From: Basidioascus undulatus
Taxonomy: Eukaryota
DNA: 32,339 nt
Direction: 5' to 3'
NCBI GenBank assembly: GCA_000826855.1
Contig: JTLS01000093.1
Location: 1 to 32,339 of the forward strand
Shown here: positions 9,351 through 21,562 of the stretch, piece after piece
Position numbering within the stretch: position 1 is the first letter of the stretch
How the letters are laid out: every line of letters starts with the position of its first letter
Translations under genes and position numbers: made by a program
The notes under the pieces: generated by a model
Database searches by the model: none
The model's input: only the letters and a program-made list of their open reading frames with translations
Told to the model about the DNA's origin: nothing

Positions 9351-11428
9351 TAGCTAGCTGGAGAGATCGGCTACGCATGCGAAGACAGGTTACCGATAGA
9401 TCAGGTCAAAGACGGTGTTCTGCAGGCCCGCCGAGCGATTCCCGTCAATACGTTACGTCGCACTCCCATAGCGAAACGAAACGGAAGACTTCGACTTTGA
9501 CTCGCCTTGAACGCCCAACAGACATCGAATAGCATCCGTTCATTCGTTTGCTCTCCAGAGCTTGCAGAAGACGAGTACGGGCGGTAGGGTCGGTGACAAG
9601 CCGGCCGAGGTAATCGATGTGCAGCTCGCGGGGAAAATCGAGTAGCTACATCGCGCGGGGGTCGAGATGTGGGGAGCTAGGCGTGTAATGAGCAACAGCA
9701 CGCCGTGTAAGAGGAAAATGGAGAGAGATGCATGGTGCGTTAATCTCTACCGTCGCCGGTTAAAGGCAGTCGTCTTGTCTCGGCCCTGTCCAACTGGAGG
9801 AGACGCATAGGGATTAGACCGCAGCCCTGCTCGGGGGGGACTTTGGTCTACACAAATCCGGAAGGCGTCTCAAAATTGCCGGCTTGGCTTAGGGATCTAT
9901 GCACCATCTGCCACGGGCTACACAGGTTCTACGGAGGCCTCAGAGAGCTGAAAGAAAGCGTTACCAAAGGTATCCGCATGTGGAAGACAGCTCTGACGGC
10001 GGAATGTTCTTAAGAGTGCTCTTTGCAAAGGGGCACAGGGGCATTGGTCATGCTTCCATCGCCACAAGCAGTGCCAGTTCTCATTCCTCGGCCGCCTTTG
10101 GTGATTTTGAGGCCGCGTGACATGTGTTGGAATTTTAGCCTGTCATGATAAGTTCCGGATACATCACGGTTTCACTGCGCTTTCGGTAGGCGGGTCCACT
10201 AGCCACAGCATGCCTCCCGCTATAAGGCCAGGTCTGGTCGTGTTTCCTCCTCCATTTCCCACATTCATCCCTGCACCTCCGGGTAGCCACCGCCACCAGC
10301 TCGCACAAAAAGAAACCTCGATCTTCTCTCCCGAGCGATCACGCCTGGCTAGGGCAAGACCAAGACCGACGCTCGTGCTCAACGCAAAGCCTTCGCATTT
10401 GCAGATGAGTCCTTTGTGTCCTTCGGTCCTTTCCACGTTGGAGTCTGGCACACCCCTTGGTGGGAATTGCCTATGGACACTGCTCTGGCTCGTGCCGAGT
10501 GTAGGGAAGGATCGACATTTATCTCCCCGCTTGGGCTGCCAACCCACTGTTTCCAGCGAGGATGCTTCTTCACGCGGACTATTGTACGGATATCTTCCAC
10601 TCCCCATAGTTCCCCGCTGTTGCAGGCTTCGTCATACGAAGTGTGCCTTGGCATCTTCCGTGGCTGGACAGTCCGACTCAAGCGCTGACTTGTACAATGG
10701 CGGGTGCTTTCAGAGCGCCGTCGCTCGCTTCCCAGTCCTCAGCTTCACGCCGGCCAAACGACCACATTTTTTGGAACTTGAACTAGAATTTATAGCTTCA
10801 GCTTTACTAGGGGGCGGTTCGGGCGTGGGCGAGGGGGAGGCGGATGGCGCGGCGTTGTCGTGGGCATTAGCTGTTCTGCAATCGTCGTTGAGTGGATGCA
10901 AGACGCTCGTCTGTACTCTTCCAGATTTGAAGACTTTCGTCATGCAACATCTGTCCTTCTTGAACTCTGTTATGGGCAACTGCACAGACTGGGCATACAG
11001 TAACAACCTACTCAAAGAGTCGACGATCAATGACGACCACTCAACGAGCTCTTGGCCGCGGCGTGCGGTTTCCGAACATGATAAATATACATAGATTGTT
11101 ACGTCCAAACCACTTTCTCTGTTTTCTTTATTGCTTCTTAATTTCGCACCTAAGGAACACGCCTTGCAATCAAAGCGGCACTGCTTGCACTGCGCCGATA
11201 CCCATCGGCTTTGAGTATTCATAGAAACGCGTCTATGCAGGCGGCGGATTGAGTTTCACGCGTCGCGGCCTTGCAGGTAGGCACTCACGCTGCTAGGCTG
11301 GACCTTGGCCTTCTCGCTCACCTCACACGCTCGTCTCTGCCTTCGCCCGTGCCCCCTTGCCCTCCTCCCCCTTGCGTTTACCGCCCTCCCCGCTGCCCAC
11401 CGTGCGGTACTCTCCAAGAAACGCCAAA

Positions 11429-13582
11429 ATGCGCGGCCTCGGCGGGTTCGTCGCCCGCAAGCTGCCCAGCATCGGCGCGCTTCTTATTGGCATCATGGTC
11501 GGCCTCATCTGGGCCCAATATTGGGGCGGCGGTCGGGTCTGTCGCTGTTTCTTGAGCTGGTGTAGTAGCTCGGCGGCTCATCTGTTGGAGGACCGGGATG
11601 TGGGTGCTTTGCTGGTGGACGTGGGGACAGACTGAGTCCGCGGCTTGGAGTGGTGCGCCTGCACGAGCACTACGACCAAATCCTCTTCGGTGCGCCCACC
11701 TTTCTTTCACAGTCCCATTTACCCTCTCCAATCTCGCCCTCATGCTAATGAAATCATTTCCCCGATCCCTTCCCGTCCCGCTTTACGCACCCTCTTCTTT
11801 CACGTCACCCGATCCCCCAATCTGTCCGCCCGCGCAGTTCCCTCGGCCGCTCCTCCCTACCTACTCCCTCCGAAGAACAGCGCTTCCGCGTCCTCGAGCT
11901 TCTCACGACCCTCTCCGCGCACCACACCAAGGAGTGCACCCGCGAGGCGCGCGCCTCCTACGGCAAGCAAGCGCACGAGCGTTACGCTCCCCTTGTCGGC
12001 CACCAGATCCCGCGTTCCAAGTCTTTCTTCAGCGGCTGGGGGTCCGGCGGGGCGCAGTCCGATGCGCGCTGGGGGTCCTCCTTCGGCGATGCAGACATGG
12101 TCTCTCGCGCGGTCGTCCGGCGCGACCTGTCGAACCAGCAGCACAAGTACTTCTTCGCGATAAACCTCTACAACTCGTTCGACGTCATCCCCGATCTCTT
12201 TGCGACCCTTTTCCGCGTCTCCGCTATCCTCGGCTACCACAACGTCTTCGTCTCGATCTACGAGAACGGCTCGACGGACCAGACCAAGGCCCTGCTCCGG
12301 CTCTTCGACGCGCTCGCCCGCTCAACCGGACTCCGCATCGTCATCCGCACGAGTATGCGCACTCGCGGCGCGTTCAACCACCGTATCGAGTACCTCGCGG
12401 AGGTGCGCAATGCTGCGATGCTGCCGCTGCATGAGCTCCGTGACTCGGAGGGGGAGGTCTTCGACACCGTCATCTTCATGAACGACATCTTGCCGTGCGT
12501 CGACGACGTCCTCGAGCTCATCTGGCAGTCGCGCCGCCAGAACGCGGGCATCACTTGTGCGTCCTTCATCTCCCATCGTAACTTACTGCCTTCGCTCCTG
12601 GCCCAAAACCCGTTCCTCCAACTCAGGCGCGGCCGACTACATGTTCCACGACGAGATTGGCGCGCCGGTCTTCTACGTGCGTCCCGCCTCTTCTTTCCTT
12701 GCTCCCCTCTCCCTCAGGCTCCTTTCCTCTTCCAGGACAACTGGGTCGCCCGCGACCTGAACGGCACGGCGCTAGAGAACGCGCCCTTCGAGGGCGTCTT
12801 CCGGCACGAGGGATCTTCGTACCGATTCCAGAAGCACCTGCCCATCCAGGTCCAGTCCTGCTGGAACGGCATCGCCATCCTCGACCCCGCGCCGCTCTAT
12901 GCGGCCCCGCACGTGCGCTTCCGCATGGCGAAGATCTCGGACGGCGAATGCTCGGCGTCCGAGTGTGGCCTTATCTGCAACGACTACTGGAATGCCGGGT
13001 ATGGACGGATCATCATGGTTCCGCGTGTCAAGTTGGCGTATGACAAGGTGAGGCTGCGCGGAGGGCAGGATGGGGAGGAGCGCTGGACGAGAGCGCTGAC
13101 GTTGCTTCATGAATCCTAACCGAGCAGAAAGTCTTCGACATCATCCACCCAGATCGCAAGAACCTGACCTCTATCCGGGGGTACAAGAAGATCGGCGGGA
13201 TCGCCGACGACCCGACGAGCGACCCTCAAGGTCCGTCCTCCTCCTCATGCTTCATTCCCGTCCCGCTTGCCTCTTTCTCACGCCCGTATGCATCCCCACA
13301 GACAAGTCGTGGTACGGCCCGCACGACCGCCTGTTCGTCGCGGAGGAGAGTGAGGAGATCAACTTCAAGCAGGGTCCTTCGCACGGTATGTCTCCGCATC
13401 GACCGTTCCTCTCTCCCTCTCCGGCGTTCTGATATGTCCGTCTGTGCAAAGTGTGGTGCTGGGGCTGGGACGGTGCCGGCGACCTGGATGGGCCGGACGT
13501 CGACCCCATCTGGGAGAAGGTTACCAACAACAGCGCCAAGCCCGAGGCGGTGCGCGTCCGGCACGATCGGAGCTTCCTTTGA
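11429..13582 (+). CDS. CAP59: CAP59-type alpha-1,3-mannosyltransferase (CAZy GT69). Exons 11429-11536, 11631-11689 (these two tentative), 11838-12556, 12627-12676, 12736-13047, 13128-13230, 13302-13385, 13452-13582
   Basis: The spliced product closely follows Cryptococcus Cap59 as I recall it: EQRFRVLELLTTLSAHHTKEC, HKYFFAINLYNSFDVIPD, VSIYENGSTDQTKALL, NHRIEYLAEVRNAAMLPL, FMNDILPCVDD, DNWVARDLNG, VQSCWNGIA, GECSASECGLICNDY, VWCWGWDGAGDLDGPDVDPIWE. There is an N-terminal transmembrane anchor (IGALLIGIMVGLIWA). Confidence 0.95.
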
Positions 13583-15249
13583 TCTCGCGTTCCCAATAAT
13601 CTCGTCTCTCTCTCTCATCGTTCTCATCGGTACCATCACATCATCTCTCGCAGTGCGCCCGCCCCATCCTCCTACCTTCTCCCTCCGTTCCACACAAGCT
13701 GACGCCGCGATGCGATGGATGGGGACAGTGATTCCGGCACGGCGCTCAAGGATGTTTGTTCCTTCTCGTTGATTCCCCCTTCGCATGTTCATTTCCCGTG
13801 TATCCCGATACCTCGCCTATCTATTCATCCCCTTTCTCGGGCTCCGCGTCGTCTCTTGGGCTGGATCGTCCCTTTCCACCTCTTCTGTACAGTTCTTCTT
13901 CTTTATTCCCCCGGCGCTCGCGTGTGGCACGGACTTTGCTGGGGCTTGGGCAGTTGTGCTTTACGATACACTGCATTGCACATGGCCTCCGCTTGGGATC
14001 GACGGGCTGTCTAGAATCAAGCCATGCCCGACCTTTTGCAGGAACTGACCACGCAGCACTCGACAGCCTGTTGCTTCTGTATCAATGACTGCACCTCTTG
14101 CCATCGAGCACGGCCAAATTGCACTCGTCGCCATGGGTACAAGGCAGTTCGACCGGCTCTTCCTGCGTCGCAAGCCTTGATGTTATGCGGTGCAGCCCGT
14201 CATCTCAAGTTCTCGCCCGTGCGTTGCTGGTGGGCGGCTGGTAATACCGCTCGGATGGCTTGCTTATTCAAACGGCCGGGCGATCTTCGCCAGCAGCGGT
14301 GTCCAGGGAACCGATGTTCATGACTGAGGATCAGCTACGACCTTTCAAGCCTACGAAAGCTAGATTGAGTTCGAAAATCATATCAACAAAGCCAAGTAAG
14401 CTCTCAGAACCCGTGGACCATATAACACCACTACCGCCGATCCCACGAATGCCGACAAAACGACCCCGAACCTGACGCCGACCTCCCGAAGACTCGAGCT
14501 TCAGCGGCGACCATTCGCGACGGTCCGTCGTTCCCACGCACGCCGAGTCCGCACATGCGCGTGGCTATACTTCCGGAACCGCCGCCCGATCTCCTGCGCG
14601 GATGGTATCCGCGTCCCTTTCGGACATACGACTTGTCGAAGATAGTGTAGGTGGACTGCGTGATGATAAGACTCAGTGAAGGTGCACTTTCAGATGTGGT
14701 ACGTCAGCGTCGATCGAAAGAAACGGCGGACAGGGGTGAGGCTCAGCAATTTCGCCAGGGGTGGACTTGTGCAAGACGTCTATATATTCACGTCGTGTTC
14801 GGAGAATCGAAGTCGACGATAGTGAGCGTAAAGGCAGAAGGCAAGCGCCCTGAGCGCGTCGAGGTCGCGTTTCAGCCGCAACGGATCCAGCGGCAGAGCA
14901 GCTGGACTCGCAGATCGCACGAGCTCGCAGAAAAGTTCTTGCACTCTACAGCCACCGCATAAAGGTGATATGCTCTTGTCTGTTAAGAAACTATTCAGCA
15001 GAGCGTGGGCATGGTCGAAGATTCAGGTACAACAGAATGTCGACGCGACAGGCGGAAAGGGTGCTGTTGGCGACGCTACACCATAAGGACAAACGAATAG
15101 AACGTCTCGTTGAATTTCTTTTTGCTGTGGGCCAATCATCAAGCTGATAGGCTTTGAACGTGATACTTCGACAGTGCGAGTGAGCGACGACAACGTTGCA
15201 CATTTCACAGTACTCATCACCACAAAATTGCATACAGTCGTACAGCTAC

Positions 15250-16595
15250 CTAAACTAGAAGAACATAGCTAACAGCATGATACTCAGTATCAAGGATGGC
15301 TCCAAGAAGAATAGAAGCGCAAGAGACAACATCACGATGAGAGGGTGTTTCAACAGCTGTCTTTCCTTCCTCGATCCCTCCCCAGTACGAGCGTCCCCGG
15401 ACGTCTTCTCTCCCACGACCAGGATTTCCATCCCTCTCACCACCCTCGTACATGCTACCACGTGCCTTCGCCGCACCAGGCACGTTCCAGACTTTAATGC
15501 GCCGCTACTTGCCGAAGCGGTACAGGAACTCCTCCTCGGACGGCGGCAGCGATTCATCGGGGTAGATGTAAGTCACGGTGTCGTTGCCGGACTCGAAGTA
15601 GTGGAGGAAGCGAGGATCTCTCCACCAGAGCAGCTTCGACTGCCGATCGAGGACGTACGCATAAGCGACTGGCGACAAAGAAAATGCGGTTCGCCGCACC
15701 TTGAAGTGGTTGGCGTATCGGCGGGCGGCCTCGGTACGCGCCTTCACGTTGGCCGCTTCCATAGCTTTGAAAATCCTCCCGGAAAGATCGGGTAGCCTGT
15801 TAGACCATCCTTAGGGGCATCGACTGCGGCGGAAAAAGAGTCCTCACCATCACCGTTTCTTGTTCTTCCCCTTGAACTCCGCTTACTGATGAACGTTCTC
15901 GAACTCGACGTTGCGCTCGGTGCTGAACGAGAGCCAGCTATTGTAGAAGTTGTGGGGTTCGAGGTGGAAAACTTGGGGCGAGGCTTCGGGTGGGGCTCGG
16001 ATGCCGAGTTGAGCGCGAAGATCCAGTCGAACGTCCGGGGATTATGCTATGTGATCCGAGGGTGCCCTGTTAGTTCAAGAAAGAGAGGAAGGCTTATACG
16101 CCGAGACGCACAGCGGTGATCGAGTAGCTTGTTGACCGTCGCAGCGCGCAGAGCACGGGTAGTAGCCTCGACAGATGCAGCCACGTCGGCCGTATGCACA
16201 CGCGGACGTGCTGTGAAAGGTCAGACATTGGGCCTCGTTCCACAGCTTCGGGATATATAAACAGAAAAATTTCCCCTTGTTCCCGTTCTACCCCAACCTC
16301 CCCCGCCTCCGCCCCTTGGCGGCTGTCCACTGAGCTTCGCGTCGTATTCCCTTGGGCTAGTCTCGTCCGTCAAGAAGTCATGCGATTCACGAACGCGGGT
16401 TAAGAGCACTGCGGACTCGGCCGCCCTGTCGGGGTCGGTCTGCTTGTCTGGGTGATAGCGGAGGGCGAGGGCGCGGAAGGCGGCCTGCGCAACCTCAAGC
16501 CAGTTGTTCAGACAGCATGATTGTAGGGCCAACGATACCTTGATCTCTGCTACATTCGCAGTGCGGTGCACTCACAGAACTTTGTAGTAATCCAT
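15250..16595 (-). pseudogene. J-domain co-chaperone pseudogene, Jjj1/DNAJC21-like
   Basis: MDYYKVL*VHRTANVAEIK, a 54-nt intron (16538-16485), then AAFRALALRYHPDK (HPD motif). Downstream are HNFYNSWLSFSTERN and MEAANVKARTEAARRY...RDPRF, which resemble Jjj1/DNAJC21 conserved blocks. In-frame stops: TGA 16574-16572, TAA 15885-15883, TAG 15507-15505, plus an apparent frameshift near 15970. Confidence 0.75.
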
Positions 16596-17863
16596 AAGCG
16601 CGTCGCGATTGGGAGGGGATGGGAGCAGGGAGGCAAGCGTCCACTGTTGAACTCGACCAGCCTCGTGTGATCTTCATCCGGTTCTCTGTCCTCCGTACGG
16701 GCCGCTGCGGTGAAATATGCGATTCTGTCGCAAGTTTTGGGACCCTGCATTACCGTCGCACATACCTTGCATCTGCAACCCTTTCCTGTTTGATCAGTTT
16801 TGTTTTCCAGGCTAAGAACCCTCCACTGCGACGGATGAACGAGCAGTCTCATGGTCAGCTCGCACGTCGGCGTAGCATCGTACGCTGCACAGGGAAGAGA
16901 TATTCTTTTTGCTTTAGTCTAGTCCTTGGAACGGCGGTATGCCCTTCTGGGAGCATCTGTGCAATTGCCAACTACTCCGATGCTCGTTGCTTGGGGATCC
17001 AAACCGTTTGTCCAAGCTTGTCCATGGAACGGAACCGGAAAAGTTGTTCGCCCAATCCGCCAAGCATACTAGTGTCTTATTAGAGTACCAAAGTAATCTT
17101 TGTACCGTATAGTCCATGGGATTGATTCTTAGCCTTTCAGCCCAGAGACTTGAGCAGCCGAGCCTTTCAGAGTCGGGACATGATAGAGCCGGCGCGTTCC
17201 ACGCAGAGTTCATATTTGCTCGGAAACTAAAATCTTTTAATTCGACAAGAAATCCTGCATCCAGTCCCCATAGGACGCGTGATGGTTCACTTCGTATTTC
17301 CCGAGCGCGAGCTTGCGAAGTATAATAGAAAGGCAGGTCGCCTGCACGACCACAACGCTAGTTGTGGTTATAGCGATTGTCTTGGAGGTGCTTTTATTTC
17401 CATCTAACGCACTCACTTCTGAAAGAAGGCCCCTATTAATTGTGTAAAGTGGTGGGTGTAAGCGGCCTTCGAATGTTTTGACACCTGACATTTCTGTCCG
17501 GCGTCCCGGTTGACGCAAGATCTAGGGGGCATTGTCTTCAGTGACACCGTCGCGTCGGTTGATGATTACAGGTAAACGAGTGCGACGCTGAAGATAGCTG
17601 ATTTATCTAATTGGAAGATTATTGTCGCCTTTGAATAGCAAAACCAGATATGAATATCAGCTGCAGTACTGGTGACATGCGACATTTGCACGTGCCTTCA
17701 ATGGCCTCGAAGACGCCTCGGGCGAGATGTCTTGCACCCTTCGCTCGATCTCACAGCTTGCCTTTTTCCCATCATCCTCGCCTTTGTCCTGACTGGCTAT
17801 ACCACCTTATAATAATCCAATTCTTATAATTATTGTCGCGGCCGGCTCTCAAATCTCGCTGTC

Positions 17864-20742
17864 ATGGCTATCCGCCTCGGAGGCGGCTCGACTACCCGCA
17901 TCGCGACCTACTGCGTTGGCACCCTCGGTCTCCTCTACATCCTCCTTGCAGTTCCCTACCACGCCTCCTCCACCACCTCCTTCGGTCCAATAACGCACCA
18001 CAGCCTATGGGACCTCACCGGCGCGGCCGGAAACCTCTTCGGCGGGTCGAGCCCTCCGTCTTCTTCATCAGAAGCCTGGCCCTATGCGCCGCATCATGTC
18101 CTGGACAACGGGCAGCTCAAGGTGGACGTGTCGAGCCGCCAACATCCGATACCCAAGTTGATGCACGAGGCGAAGGAGCGGTGGGACGCGCTGGTGACGA
18201 GGCAGAGCAAGACTCTGGATGAGGCGGTTGCGGAGTACAGGAGGCGGTACGACCGCAACCCTCCGAAGGGATTCGACAAGTGGTGAGTTGGTTTTTTTTT
18301 TTTTGGAACGAGTAACATGCAGATTCCAAATAGGTTATCTCGCTTGCGTAGGTTCGCGTTCGCGAAAGCCAATCATGTCGTCCTCGTCGATGAATTCGAT
18401 CAGATTCAGCGCGACGTCGAGCCTTTCCTCGGCCTAACCCCGACCGAGCTTCGTGCTCGGATCAGGGACATGGCCGAAAACCTCGAGCACTCCTTCACCT
18501 TCACCATCACGAACGGCAAGCTCAACATATCTGGCGTGGATGACGGGAAGGACGACCCTCGCGCCCCGGAGACGGCGCAGTTGCTGCAGCGGTTCACGGA
18601 GGATCTGCCGGACGTCACCCTGACATTCTCCAGACGTGAGTCGATTTCTAAGGAAATGCTAGGACTGGACGATCTGGAGCTGGAAGGAGGAAGGAGGCGC
18701 GGCTCGAGTAGAATGGGCGGGCATCGCTGGTCCTGGTTTCTGGCTTTCTCCGGGGCGCAGGACAGGCCGTTTGAAGCTGTGCAGAACGTTATCGCTGTCG
18801 CTCTTGAATTAAGAATTGACGCATATACTTGATACACAGATGATGGCCCAGGAGTCTTCTTCTTGTACGATGACATGGACATGCTCCTGGAGGCTGCGCG
18901 CGAGGGCACTCGTACGTCTTCTTTAGGAGCTCGCCGCAATGTAAAATGTAACCCCTCTTTTTGACACATACCTTCCCATTTGAGCCCCTCTTATGGCCGA
19001 TCGTGGTGGTTTCCCGCGCGGGTGGTACCGCGCGTGCGAGACGGCTCTGCGGCCGCCAGATGACGGTCACGAGGGTGCGCTGCCATTCTCCGTCCGTTCT
19101 AACGAGACAATGCGGGCTAATGCGACTTGGCTTAACTGCAGACGATCATACGCTCATCGTTGACCACCGCAGATCCAGCGATCTCTGCTTGAATCCGGAC
19201 ATTCAGCCGCTGCACGGGTTCACGAGCTGGGGCGGGCCGGTCCCTGGCAAGATCAACCCCGTGAGGTTTCCCTCTTAGCCATAGTATGAAAAGTCCTCTG
19301 ACTAACAGCACGCGTGCGTTCAGGTGTTCTGCATGTCCAAGACTTCGGTGCACGCCGATATCTTGGTCACTCCGCTGGAACAGTGCGTCGTCATGCTGCC
19401 CCCGCCTTGATCGGCATTCGCTCAAACTTACAGGAGGCTTGAGCAGGTATGGTAAGCCGACTGGCCCAGACCCCGCTTGGAACAAGAAGAAGCACAACAA
19501 GCTACTCTGGGTTCGTCGTTCCGGCACATCCGCACGCTCGCCTGGGGCTGACTTGTCATGCGAACAGCGCGGCTCGACCACCGGCGCTCGTATCGACATT
19601 GGCTTTCCTTGGGAAACGTCCCAGCGCTTCCGGCTGCACAACCTCGCGCACGCCAAGGTGGGCGAGCGGTCGGTGCTCATGCCGGATGGGAAGCGCGACG
19701 GGTACGCGGTCGAGCGGAGCGTGCCGGTCGAGACGCTTAACAAGCACTATCTCGATGTCTCCTTCGTGTGTTACTCTGACTTTTGTTCTGATCCGACGAT
19801 GTGCTGATCGCGTGGGAATAAATAGGCGGGCAAGATCACGCAGTGCTTCGCGGACGAGAAACAATGCGAGGAGTGGAACAGCCAGATCGACTTCGCCCCG
19901 CCCATGGACGCCACCGAGAACAACCACTACAAGTATGTTATCGATGGTACGTCTGAAGGGATTGTCAACGCTTACCGGGTCTGGACGACTGACATGGCGC
20001 GCCACAGTTGACGGCAATGGCTGGTCTGGGCGTTTCCACCGTCTCTTGACGACGCGGAGGTATATATGCCTTTCATGTCACGCTCGGAGACTCCTAGTAC
20101 TAACGCCATGAGCCCCTTAGTGTCGTCCTTAAGTCAACTATCTTCCCCGAGTGGTACCAAGACTGGATACAGCCTTGGTTGCACTACATAGTTTGTCTCC
20201 TTCTCCCGCCTTTATCCCTCTCCTCGTCATTCACGCTTGCCTCTTTACAGCCGGTCAAGGTCGACTACTCCGACATCTAGTTCGTCCTTCTGGGACTGTC
20301 CAGCTCGCCACAGCTGATCCCGCTTTCACAGCGACGTCATGGCCTTCTTCATCGGTCAGCCGGACGGGTCCGGCGCACACGACAAGGAGGCCGAGGAGAT
20401 CGGCGAAGCTGGCCGGCAATGGGCTGACAAGCACTGGCGGTTCCAAGATATGTGCGTCGTCCCATCTGTTCTCGTTCCTGTATCCGGCCGGGTCACTTAA
20501 TCGTACGATGATACGCCAGGGAGACGTACATGTACCGGTGAGCGCCGCCCGAGATGCCCTACAGTATGGTCGGACTTGCATTGACCGATGTTCTCTCCCG
20601 CAGTCTTTTGCTCGAATGGGCTCGCGCCAGCTCGCCCGATCGCGTTGCGGCCGAGTATGTTCACACCCCTTCAACACCCCGACCTCCGCCTGCACCCCAA
20701 ATACCAGCCGCGGCAGCCGCCGACGGGTTTGCGGGTCCTTGA
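17864..20742 (+). CDS. CAP10/CXT1-family glycosyltransferase (CAZy GT90, putative beta-1,2-xylosyltransferase). About 15 exons: 17864-18282, 18352-18635, 18840-18911, 18985-19074, 19142-19260, 19324-19382, 19447-19510, 19568-19765, 19826-19946, 20008-20059, 20121-20190, 20251-20279, 20332-20451, 20520-20537, 20604-20742
   Basis: N-terminal transmembrane anchor. Motifs HPIPKLM...QSKTLDEAVAEYRRRYDRNPPKGFDKWFAFAK, DEFDQIQRDVEPF, SKTSVHADIL, KLLWRGSTTG, YKYVIDVDGNGWSGRFHRLL, KSTIFPEWYQDWIQPWLHYIPVKVDYSDIYD and ETYMYRLLLEWAR. All junctions are phase-compatible; one needs a GAG acceptor. Confidence 0.92.
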
Positions 20743-21562
20743 CATGTTGTAAATCGAACGGGCCTTTCTCCCTTGGTCCGGTCCCTTTTCATTCTCCCGC
20801 ACGCTATGTATTTCGCCCTGGACGTCCTTTCGTCTCTTCCTCATTTCCCCCCTCTCGCACTAAGTTGGCAGATGGCTTTGATGTACTCGCATGCTTCTTC
20901 TTCACTGCATAGAACGGACCAATTTCGAATAATGTCTTGGGGTCAGCCTTGCAGTTTGGCCTCTAAATGAGGCAACGAGCAATTGCCTTCTGTTCTGAAT
21001 TTTGCTCGCAGTGTGCGCCTTGAAAGTGGCGCAGCCTTTGGCAATCTGCACTGCGAGCCAGCGTGAGGCCGACAACGTACTCAGCAGGTAAATCAAGGCA
21101 ACTGGAAGTTTCCCTTGCGTCGCTTGAGTTTTGTGAACCGCAGCCACAAGCTGCCGTTTTGATTGATGTATGGTTGATCGTACTGCCTTATCCCAGTCCT
21201 GTGAGCCCGAGTAACCAAGTGTTTGACCGCACAAAGCGCCTCCCACGAACTTCATGTACATGCTGTTTATCGATAGTCAAACGACATGCGGGTGGAACTA
21301 GAAAGGAGGCGGTGTCGTCTGACAACCCAGTACCGTCCCATCCGCCGAGGCAATCGACCGTAAGCAAATCCTTATTTCCTACTCCCCATGCCGACCTCCC
21401 AAGATCGACGGCACCGCCGAATTCCACCATCGTAATCTCCAGTCCTTCCGTCCCGTTAAAGTCCCTTCCCTTGCTTCGCCACCCTTCCCCTGCCATTCCC
21501 AGCTCCGTGCGGCGTCCGTGTTCTATTGACGCGTTCGCGATCAGGGGGATCGATATGTGGCT

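Noticed and set aside
10117..11094. 325-aa + ORF and opposite-strand ORFs
   Set aside because: GTG start, no codon bias like the real genes and no recognisable domain; treated as spurious or too decayed to call.
14300..15250. short ORFs and splice-like sites between CAP59 and the J-protein pseudogene
   Set aside because: Could not be chained into a consistent frame or matched to a family.
16600..17800. Cys-containing fragment (CRCKVC...KTCDR) and AT-richer sequence upstream of the GT90 gene
   Set aside because: The spacing fits no zinc-finger class convincingly. The TATAAT-like words at about 17807 and 17825 cannot be shown to be promoter elements from sequence alone.
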